Below are positions 26,610-37,029 of a stretch of DNA of 64,000 nt, piece after piece. Each line of letters begins with the position of its first letter. Position 1 is the stretch's first letter. The stretch is from Cenococcum geophilum (taxonomy: Eukaryota), in assembly GCA_050273025.1 (NCBI GenBank), contig CP158635.1, positions 11,470,001-11,534,000 of the forward strand, read 5' to 3'. The translations under genes and the position numbers were made by a program. The notes beneath the pieces are model-generated. The model had not been told where the DNA came from, did not search any database, and saw only the letters and a program-made list of their open reading frames with translations.

Positions 26610-28079
26610 TTGGGGGAAGGGGAGAGGGGGGGGTTCTTGTAGTAATTAGTTATGTTTTTAGTATTTTTGCGCCTTTTTTCCCTTTTTTTTTTATAAAGAG
26701 AAGTGGGGAAGCGATTTTTTGGTGCGGCATTTGGGTGCATTCGGGCGGGTCTGGTGTTTGAGGGTTTGAGTTTGGATTTGGGATGGGATTTTGTACTGGA
26801 AGGGGTTCTATACTGGAAGGGTCTTTTAGAGCGGGGAGGGTGCGGATAGTGAATCGCACCTCGATACCTTTTTTTCGGTCTCTCGAGTAGATGCAGTGAT
26901 ATACTGCTTGTGTGAAGGTATCTTCTTTGAGCTGCGTTGTTATTATGTTGGATTTCTGAGCCTAGGGATGTAGTCTCCTGGGGATCCGAAGAGAGTGCGG
27001 TGAGCTGGTGGTATGGCAGTCTTAATCAGATTGATTTTGTCCCTTCTGGTAAAGCACGAACCTGGAAATGAGGATTAAAATTCCACCATATATAATCACC
27101 AAACTCAGCAATATTCTTTAATGATCCTAAGTCTAAATATGAGCCATCGTAAGAATGTAGAGCTAGTTAGTCTAAAATGCAATAAGGAAGAGATCTAGAT
27201 TAAGGCCATCAGCTACTAACTACATGTTCATCCAAGAGTTAGTTGGCTCCTTAGAACCACCCGGTAGAACTACCACTGTTGAACTCGTTACCGTGGATCC
27301 TGCTCCCTTTCGGTATCGCTAGAAAGCAGAGGTGACGGTGCATAGCACCTGTTGGGTGTTTTGATTTAGAATGGTTTATTGGCCCCTCTATGATGGGGTT
27401 GAGACAGATCGCTCAAATCCTCACCGAGTGTATCACAGAGGGATCAGTTAAGCTCACCTGGCTAAAAGCTCGGCTCACGTGTTCGATGCCGCCGATCGTG
27501 CCAAGTAAAAGGGGTCGAGCTTACTACCTGGTGAGCTTAGCGAAACCGAATGTTGGGTATAGTTATAATATTATATAATTAAAGTATAGCTCTAATATAT
27601 CAATAGTAAGAATGTTAAAGAACTTTATATTAAAACCTCATCAGGCGTGAGTGTATAGGGCTAGGGTTTGTCTAGTGTAAGATTTTCAACATGAAGTATT
27701 CTTTCGACTACACTCACCGAGTCTCGGACTGCGAAGCGTCTAATTTATGAGATAAGCTAAAAGTAAGTTATGTGGAGTCCGCGATCTAAGTTAAGATTAT
27801 AATATATTTTATGCGTAGACACCGGAGATTGGAAAATATATGCTATGCAGTGCCTGAAGTTAAGCTGCACGTTGCTCTCTGTCAGTTAAAACATAGCTGC
27901 GCCGCGCCCAGTTTCAGAGCCTAAAATTGGGTCCGCGTCTCAGGTCACGAAGCGAGGAAGTCTGCACCAATGCCAGTTTCCAGGAGCTTCCAACTTGATA
28001 CAGAGACATATATATATATATATGAGGGTATCCCAAGCTATGAAGTTCCCAGTCAATCCTCCAATCTGCTCTTACCACT

Positions 28080-29405
28080 ATGCCGTCGAATTGGATAAAC
28101 CACTCCATCTCCTCAACACCCGAAATTAAGACATCCGAGGACATTGCGAACGTTGCGCATTGGCGAATTGATGAGTTCTACTTTCTGATCCACGTTGAGC
28201 TACTCTATGGCTCCCGTAGGTCTAGAGGTAGCCTGCCTGCCGAAATCGAAGAACGGCTTCGCGGTTGCGCGCCTCAAGATGTATCGGGGATACTGCAAAA
28301 AGCGCTCATTGCTGGCTCTGTGATGGACTCAGGCTGGCTCGATGACTATAACGATATTGCGGAAGCGATTTCTGTCATTACGCAGGGATATCCAAAGGAA
28401 TACCTGGCGCAACGGAGAGCGCTAAACGATGCTGCCGCCGGGCGAGAGATGAGCAATCATCCCCGAAACAAGAAAGTCCACACCGGTTCAGCATCGAAAT
28501 CCTCTAGCAAAGCGCCAACCAAGTCCTTCCCCTTCCTGAGCCTACCCGATGAAGTCCGCAACCACATCTACCGACTTACGCTCACGCCAGAGCCACTGAT
28601 AATTAGCGACTGGGCAATTGGCTCCTTACCCTCAACAATGCTGCGCAGGACTGAATACGACGTATCAATCGCCTCTACAGGCGACACGCGCAGAACTAGC
28701 TACATCGTGCTCTCGCCCCAGCGCCACCGCTTGGGGACGGAGCTCAACCTGCTGCTTGCCAATAAGCAGGTCCATCGCGAGGCGTCAAAGATCCTGTACG
28801 GCCGCGAGTTCCAGTTTCGCGGCACGGCTGACAGCACCCTTGCGTTCCTGCACGACCATTTCCGCAAGCTGAAGATGATGTCCAGGATTTCGATGCGGTT
28901 TACAACAGGAGAGACAATACCGTTTATGGGCTGCGCGGCCGTGTCGTCTTCGTCGACGACGCCGCCGTCAACGCCGAAGACGAGCTTACTGGCTTGGAAG
29001 AAGATTTTTAATATTCTGGTTCGCGCGGCTTCGGGACTGCACGATTTTGAATTGATGGTGGACAGGAAATTTTGGGATCAGGCACCGTGGTGCGAGGGTC
29101 CGGCGGCTGTGTTCAATGATACGGCATTATGCCAGCCTCGCAGTCTCTCGAAGCACTCAGGAAACACTGAAAACTTCTTGCAGCACGTTGCGAAGCTGTC
29201 TGGCATCAACTTCCGGTTGTCAATCGCTGGTGCGGGTGAAGATCAAGCGAAGAGACACTTTCAGCGCGAACTGGAGAAGTACATATGTGAGAAGATGTAT
29301 AAGAGGCCATATATGGCGGTAGAGAATATTTCTTGTACATGCCGAAAGAGGCTATTGACAGAAGCGTGTGCTTGGGACGGACAGAAGCGGCGGAGAAGTG
29401 GGTGA
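28080..29405 (+). CDS. F-box-like domain protein of unknown function
   Basis: Intronless 441-aa ORF. FPFLSLPDEVRNHIY and later LLLANKQVHREASKILYG are the hallmark segments of a large fungal F-box-like family. The N-terminal ~130 aa are unrecognised. Confidence 0.7.
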   Translation: MPSNWINHSISSTPEIKTSEDIANVAHWRIDEFYFLIHVELLYGSRRSRGSLPAEIEERLRGCAPQDVSGILQKALIAGSVMDSGWLDDYNDIAEAISVITQGYPKEYLAQRRALNDAAAGREMSNHPRNKKVHTGSASKSSSKAPTKSFPFLSLPDEVRNHIYRLTLTPEPLIISDWAIGSLPSTMLRRTEYDVSIASTGDTRRTSYIVLSPQRHRLGTELNLLLANKQVHREASKILYGREFQFRGTADSTLAFLHDHFRKLKMMSRISMRFTTGETIPFMGCAAVSSSSTTPPSTPKTSLLAWKKIFNILVRAASGLHDFELMVDRKFWDQAPWCEGPAAVFNDTALCQPRSLSKHSGNTENFLQHVAKLSGINFRLSIAGAGEDQAKRHFQRELEKYICEKMYKRPYMAVENISCTCRKRLLTEACAWDGQKRRRSG

Positions 29406-30625
29406 GACTTTCTACGAACTCATGAATTCAACGTATTTACTCTATGAAATATGAATCAGATTTCTTTGGAGTGAGATTAAGGTTTACGCTTTAAAAATAG
29501 GGTTGAGGGAATTTAGAACCTAAATACTGCTTCCGCCGGTGAGATTCAATTTTGATTGAGAGGGTCACATGCACCACATCCTACTCTTTCAAACTTGCTC
29601 CCATTTTTGGAGCTTCTGGATCATCTATCATCTTTTCGTCTCAATAATTCTTGAGGAGAGCATTTCAGGGAAAGTTTTCTGTGCGGAAATGTGGATATGC
29701 TAAAGCATTTTCCAGATCGTTTAGTGGATAAGGACAGGATTGTTTGTCAACCCTTGAAGATCTCTAGGATGGGTTAAAATTTTATTGTTAGAACACCGCG
29801 TTTTATGCGCGCGACTCTGGGATCTCAAAACTGCACGGGGCGCTAGGGAGCGTACTGTGCAGGGATACTGTAAACCAGGAAGAACGAGATGGGGAAACAG
29901 GCAGCTGAAAAGCTTGCAGGCGCTTGCAAAATTGGCTTCCGGTTTTTGTATCCGAGAAATTCTCCCCGCAAGGTCTTTCTGCAGCTCTTGGCACGCACTT
30001 TACCCAGGCCCTAGTTTAATGATGGTACAGATCCTAATAGGAGTTACACTATCCCCTGCACCGTCGTCAGCCGTACAAGGGATAGTAATTTTCCGTATAG
30101 TAAACCCACTGAAGTTCACTACGTCGCAATCGCAGTTGCTTTCGTCCACAGATGATCGTCACCCAAAATTTGATGAACGAGCAGCACTCTTTCATACGTG
30201 ATCTTAAGTCATTGCTCTAGATAATATTCAGGATATGCATTCACTGAACGGGCAGGATCAGGAGGGCAGACTAGTTGTCAACTATCAGAAGTGGAATCAC
30301 GTGGATATTGAAGACAGAGCAAAGTAAAGAAAGGAGAAATATCTGTTTAAGATCTTATCAAAAATATAGGGAACTTCGTATCATACTGTCAGTTATTTGT
30401 ATCTTAGGTAAACATGATACGGAAGATGGTGTGCCCTAATTACAAGAGATATGAGAAAGGAACGCAAGAGAGAGATCCTTAGAGAAGGCCGGGAAGGTCG
30501 CAGAATGGTTGGCGGACAGATTGCCAGAATTTCAGATGTATAGTGAAAAGGTCTCGCTATTGCGTCAATACTGCCATGCTGAATCAGAATCACCTTCCTC
30601 AGGGCAAGAATGCTCACTTGCTTAA

Positions 30626-31787
30626 TCAGCCACTGCTGATGTTCAAGTCGTTCCCTACAGAGAAATTGCCAGAGCCCGAGCTTTGAACTCCTTGCCCGCG
30701 AAAGATATGTTGAGCAACTAGTCCATGGGTGCCGGTGGACGAGTCAGATCCATGCTGACCGAGGGCTGCTGTTGCGATGGAAGGCTCTGGCGGGTCCACA
30801 TAGGAAAGGAGCTCCTTGGCACATCCAGCAGCCGCAGCAGCAGCATAATGCTGCCAAGCATCGTTCTTGTGAGAGTCTGCGTAATCAGAGATGCCCCGGA
30901 TGGCGATACATGAATACTCAGTCGTGATACCAGCCGCTTCCATCTCAAAACACATGATATCGCCTACCACTCTCCCGTCAATTTCAGCCGCGTTCGTAGC
31001 GCTCCTCATAACTTGATCCCCAGAGGCAATCAGCCCGTAATGAATCTTGGGAATGGGCTCACGTGGGGTCCGCTGAACCACTTTTATCTTGTTACATTGC
31101 CCACATGTGGCTTGATTATGGATATGGCGATATCCTGATTCGAAGAGCTCATCCGACTCTGCAGGAGGCCGTTGGTAGGAGATCCGAAGATCATCACTTT
31201 TCTGGAACATGGTCAACAAGAACTCGGGGATTTTGTTTTTGAAAATCCTGTGGTCGGACCGCATAATGCCGACAGCACTTCTCAAAATCTCTGGCGGTGG
31301 CCAAAGAAATCCCTTCATGACGAAGCCTTCCTCAGTGCTCTTGCCTAGGTCGTACTGGACCACGCCGCCATGCTGGCCGTCGGGCATACTGACGACCACG
31401 TCGCCCAAGCGGATGTCATTCGTTTTGCTCGGCACGCCTCCTCCAATACCCACCATCAATCGTAACTCGATCGATGGAAATGTACGCGCCATATCCTTTG
31501 CGACAGCCGCTGCCGCACCTTTCCCCTGGCTGCCTGGAAGGCCGGCAAGTACAACATTGTGGCCACTGAGCTCTCCGAGAATATACAGAGTCGACTCGCC
31601 CGGCTTTCTACGCAGACGGACGTGTTCTTTGTCCAGCATGTAGCGGACAGCGCTCATCTCGAATTCTATAGCACACACGATACCGACAGTATAAGCTTCG
31701 TAGCCTCGGCGCTGCTCTCATTCCACACTCCTGATTAGCGCAGGAAATTTGTTGGTCGAGCGGGCATAGCTCTTGTCTACCTTCCAT
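30626..31787 (-). CDS. Stand-alone PNP_UDP (purine nucleoside phosphorylase / nucleosidase) effector with C-terminal amyloid-type motif
   Basis: Motifs YTVGIVCA, VGIGGGVP, DIRLGDVVVS, HYGLIASGDQV, CFEMEAAG, IRGISDYADSHKND.WQHYAA; C-terminal FRGQGVQSSGSGNFSVGNDLNISSG*. The start is inferred at ATG 31787 via intron 31780-31717 (5' end uncertain). Confidence 0.88.
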
Positions 31788-32425
31788 CTTGATCGTCCGG
31801 ACTTGTCGAATGACTCGAACGATGTCACGTGCAGGACCGGTCGTTGTTGGGTAGGGACAAGGAAGTGAAAGCTGAGGTGAAAGTCGAAGAGATGATATGG
31901 GTAAATAAATGGATATTCGATGCTGGTGTCGGCTTGTCTCCCGACAGCAGTGGTGCGGCTTAAGTAGTTAGCAAATCAGAGAATAGTCAATGGGACCGCG
32001 CGTGGGTGATATGGCCATTGTTTGGTTATTATTGAAAGCTCAGCAGGCTTCGAAATCCAGTTAATAAGGGTTCTCAAGCATAACCTTGCGACTAGGCTCG
32101 AAACGTTCCGTTGGGTGCAGGTTTTTGGCAAAGTCTGGACATACCGGCATGAAATCGGTGGACCCGATTGGATACAGGTGTTCCTAGTTTCAGCTTGATA
32201 GGCGTTAAGGCGCGGCTAGTTGCAGGCCGGCCTCAACCGCCCGCAAAATCACTTGGCACAGTGAGCTTTGCAAGGGTCGTACACACTAGAAACAGGAGCG
32301 GGCAGAAAACTACAGTTGCTCAGCCGCTTCGGCCTCCCTTCTCATGAAGTTCTGCGCAACGCTTTTCTGATCTCTGTCACTTATCCTTATGCTCGGATCA
32401 ATAAAATAGAAACGGTTACTTAATT
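31788..32425. promoter_or_regulatory. Shared divergent (bidirectional) promoter region between effector and NLR
   Basis: About 640 bp separate the two oppositely oriented start codons. Assigned from position only; no motif identified. Confidence 0.55.
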
Positions 32426-35400
32426 ATGGACGCTAGACCTAAGAAGATCCGGCCGACCAAACACATATCAGTTTCCGCCGCGGAAGACCAACGCGAACAG
32501 CAACAGCCCTCACCGATACCTGTTCCTCCACATGAGGCTGGCGGAGTGTCTTCCTATCAGAAACAGTCTATTAAATTCACTGGGCAAGGGATTCAAAATG
32601 CTGGAAACTTCAACGTCAGACGGGACATAAACATTAGTTGGTTGAGACAGTTTCCCGGCGTAGCACAGTGTAGGGACTGAGTAGATTAGTGCGAGCTGGT
32701 CCCGACTCCAGCTGCCTGGCAGACCTACGGACAACCGATCCCCGTCACGACAAAAAGCGCATTCAGGACACTAAAGGTGGCCTGCTGAAAGACTCATACT
32801 GCTGGATTCTCGACAACGCCGATTTCCAACGATGGCGCGACGACGAACAGAGCCGACTGCTCTGGATTAAGGGGGATCCCGGCAAGGGCAAGACCATGCT
32901 GCTCTGTGGTATTATTGACGAGTTAAAAAGCCAAACAGGCCTTCTGCCCTACTTCTTCTGCCAGGCCGCCGACTCGCGCATCAATAATGCCACGGCCGTG
33001 TTGCGTGGCCTAATCTATCTGCTCGTCGACGAGCAGCCATCGCTCATCTCGCACGTGCAGAAGAAGTACGATCACTCGGGCAAAGGGCTCTTCGAGGACG
33101 TGAATGCCTGGGTAGCCTTGTCCGAGATCCTTACAGACGTTCTGCAAGATCTGAGTTTGAAGAGCACTGTCTTGATCATCGACGCACTCGACGAATGTGT
33201 GACAAATAGGGCGCAACTTCTCGACTTGATTGTCCAGATGTCGTCCGAGTCTCACTCCAAGTGGATTGTGTCCAGTCGCAATTGGCCGGAAATCGAGAAG
33301 AGGCTAGAAATAGCCGGAGAGAAGGTTAACCTGTGTCTTGAATTGAATGCAGAATCCGTTTCCGCTGCTGTTGGCAAATACATCCAGCATAAAGTGGATC
33401 GATTGGCGAGGCTGCAGAGGTATGACAGCAAAACACGAGATGCCGTACGAGATCACTTGTCCTCTAATGCAAATGACACATTCCTCTGGGTGGCTTTGGT
33501 CTGCCAAGAGCTGGAGAAGATCTCACGACGGAACACTCGCGCTAAGTTAAAGGCGTTTCCGCCTGGACTTGACGATCTTTACGAGCGAATGATGGAACAA
33601 ATATGCAGCTCGGATGATGTTGACATCTGCAAGCCGATACTTGCTTGCGTGACGACCGTATATCGGCCTATCACACTAAAGGAGATAACATCTCTCGTCG
33701 ATATGCAGGAGGATATATCCGATGACCCCGAGTACTTGGAGGAGGCCATACGGCTTTGTGGTTCATTTCTAACTATTCGAAACTGTACCATCTATTTCGT
33801 GCATCAGTCAGCGAAGGACTTTTTGCTCACAAAAGCAGCCGGCGACATTTTTGTATTGAAGATACAAGAGGAGCACCACAATATCTTTTCGAGATCGCTA
33901 CAGGTCATGTCCGAGGTCCTGCAACGCGATATGTACGGTTTAGACGCGCCCGGATTTCCCATCGACAAGGTCAGCCAGCCTGATCCAGATCCATTAGCTG
34001 CGGTACGCTACTCGTGCGTCCACTGGGCTGACCATCTGAGTGACTCGGATTCCTGTGGAAAACACTTAGAGGATCTCCAAGATGGCGGCGCCGTCGACAC
34101 CTTCCTGAGAAAGAAATACCTCTACTGGCTCGAGGCCCTCTCCCTTCTTAAGAACATGTCACAGGGGGTACTTTCAATGGCAAAGCTCGAGGGTTTACTT
34201 CAGGTTAGCCTTAACCAGTGTTACAATTTTACTCAAGGCCCCAACCTAATATCACTTTAGCGAAGGGCAGATACGTCCCAATTAAAAGACCTAGTTCGAG
34301 ATACACGCCGTTTTATTCTATACCATAGATGGGCGATCGAAAACAGCCCTCTTCAGGTGTACGCTTCTGCACTTGTGTTCAGCCCCGCGCGTAGCATTAC
34401 AAAAAATCTGTATAAGAAGGAAGAGCCCGAATGGATTGCAATCAAGTCGGGCATAGAGGATGACTGGAATGCATGCCTGCAGACGCTCGAGGGGCATTCG
34501 GACTTTGTCAACGCTGTAGCCTTCTCCCTGGACGGCACCGTCGTGGCATCGGCATCGGGCGATCGGACCGTCAAGCTATGGGATGTGCGGTCGGGACAGG
34601 AGCAGCAGAAGCTCGAGGGGCATCGGGGCTCGGTCAAGGCTGTAGCCTTCTCCCCGGACGGCACCGTCGTGGCATCGGCATCGAGCGATGAAACCGTCAA
34701 GCTATGGGATGTGCGGTCGGGACAGGAGCAGCAGACGCTCGAGGGGCATTCGGACTCGGTCAGCGCTGTAGCCTTCTCGCCGGACGGCACCGTCGTGGCA
34801 TCGGCATCGGAAGATGGAACCGTCAAGCTATGGGATACGCGGTCGGGACAGGAGCAGCAGACGCTCGAGGGGCATTCGAACTTTGTCAACGCTGTAACAT
34901 TCTCGCCGGATGGCACCGTCGTGGCATCGGCGTCGGAAGATGGAACCGTCGGGCTATGGGATGTGCGGTCGGGACAGGAACAGCAGACGCTTGAGGGGCA
35001 TTTGGGCTCGGTCAACACTGTAGCCTTCTCGCCGGACGGTACCGTCGTGGCATCGGCATCGGACGATGGAACCATCAAGCTATGGGATACGCGGTCGGGA
35101 CAGGAGCAGCAGACGCTCAAGGGGCATCGGGGCTCGGTCAACGCTGTAGCCTTCTCCCTGGACGGCACCGTCGTGGCATCGGCATCGGGCGATCGGACCG
35201 TCAAGCTATGGGATGCGCGATCGGGACAGGAGCAGCAGACGCTCGAGGGGCATTCGGACTTTGTCAACGCTGTAACATTCTCGCCGGACGGTACCGTTGT
35301 GGTATCGGCATCGGATGATCGAACTGTCAAGCTATGGGATGTGCGGTCGGGACAGAAGCAGCAGACGCTTAAGGGGCATTCGGGCTCGGTCGGGGCTGTA

Positions 35401-36285
35401 GCCTTCTCGCCGGACGGCACCGTCGTGGCATCGGCATCGGGCGATGGAACTGCCAAGCTATGGGATGCGCGGTCGGGACAGGAGCAGCAGACGCTCAAGG
35501 GGCATTTGGGCTCGGTCAATGCTATAGCCTTCTCGCCGGACGGCACCGTCGTGGCATCAGCATCGGGCGATCGGACCGTCAAGCTATGGGATGCGCAGTC
35601 GGGACAGGAGCAGCAGATGCTTAAGGGGCATTTAAGCTCGGTCAGCGCTGTAGCCTTCTCGCCGGACGGCACCGCCGTGGTATCGGCATCGGGCGATGGA
35701 ACTGTCAAGCTATGGGATGCGCGGTCGAGACAGGAGCAGCAGACGCTTAAAGGGCATTTAGGCTCGGTCAACGCTGTAGCCTTCTCGCCGGACGGTACCG
35801 TCGTGGCATCGGCATCGGACGATGGAACCATCAAGCTATGGGATGCGCGGTCGGGACAGGAGCAGCAGACGCTTAAGGGGCATTTAGGCCCAGTCAGCGC
35901 TGTAGCCTTCTCGCCGGACGGCACCGTCGTGGCATCGGCATCGTATCGAACCGTTAAGCTATGGCATGCGCAGTCGGGACAGGAGCAGCAGACACTTAAA
36001 GTTGACTTCCCTCTTCGTGAGATTTTATTTTTGAATAACGAATCATACCTAAATACCGATCGCGGAGTTCTTGATATTACACCTACTCGTTCTAGCTCTA
36101 CGTCTTCTGTTACTATACCATTGTTCGTCAATGAAAAATGGATCGTTCGCGGTTCAGAAGCTCTACTTTGGATTCCCCCTGAGTATCGGGCGAGAAGTGT
36201 TGCCGTTTTTGGCGGGTTGGTTGTTCTCGGGCATGCATCGGGCCGCGTTTCGATGATCGTGTTCACTTTACAAGCTCAGGTCTGA
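32426..36285 (+). CDS. Fungal NLR (NWD type): N-terminal amyloid motif - NACHT - 12 highly conserved WD40 repeats
   Basis: Exons 32426-32636, 32690-34203, 34261-36285 (GT-AG introns). HET-E-like NACHT: CLADLRTTDPR..KKRI..TKGGLL, P-loop GDPGKGKT, Walker B LIIDALDEC, FVHQSAKDFL, PLQVYASALVFSP. No HET/HeLo effector domain; a ~70-aa N-terminus ends in FTGQGIQNAGNFNVRRDINI. Confidence 0.93.
34471..35979 (+). repeat. Tandem array of 12 x 126-bp WD40-coding units (last unit 3 nt shorter)
   Basis: 42-aa unit QEQQTLxGHxxxVxAVAFSPDGTVVASASxDxTVKLWDxRSG counted 12 times; units are nearly identical at the DNA level. Confidence 0.95.
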
Positions 36286-37029
36286 ACCACCGCTAAATCA
36301 TAGAATATTATTACTATAGTAAAATCTCCTTAATACGATATGGGGTATATAACGATAACCTCTACATTACGATCTACACCCCTTAATCAAGCCTTTTTTG
36401 GTGTAATATTACGATAATCTGACTTTTGGCAATATCGTTAAGCACCTACCACCAATATCGGTATAACCAGTAGAGAATTTGTATGGGAGAGGGCCCTATT
36501 TAACCAGCGAGGTAGACATCCTAAGCCTTTTTAGGTATTAAGCTCCTCTTTTTCCTACTTATTCACCCAACACGTGACTCTTGATATAACAATACCATTG
36601 GTATTACGATACGCTCGGCCGAACAAACGGTATCGTACTAAAGAGATTTTACTGTAGTCAATACATTGGCTTTGAAATGAATAAGCATAATTATTTATCC
36701 TAGTAACTATAATGGTATCCCTTAACGCTTGCGTCCTAAGATTAAGTGGTCCGTGCAGAACACTAGAATCAAACAACGCATATAGCTTTATTTAATTGAT
36801 TTAATTGGCTCGTTCTTATCGATAACGGTAGGACGCAAACCAGCCTGTTAAGGGATACAGAACTTATGAAGGCATGTATAGTATCAGGTGAAGCTATCTA
36901 TCTATCTATTCTATATCTATATTGTATCTATATTGTATTGTTCGAAGGGTCTTGGCGGGTTTTAATTGGTCAAAGAAATTGGTCCTGGTCACGTGCTACC
37001 CCATTAAATTTTGAATCCTCCCCTTGCTG

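Noticed and set aside
34353..36266. 637-aa antisense Cys-rich repetitive ORF
   Set aside because: Shadow of the WD40 array: one stop-free 126-bp unit repeated 12 times stays open on the opposite strand.
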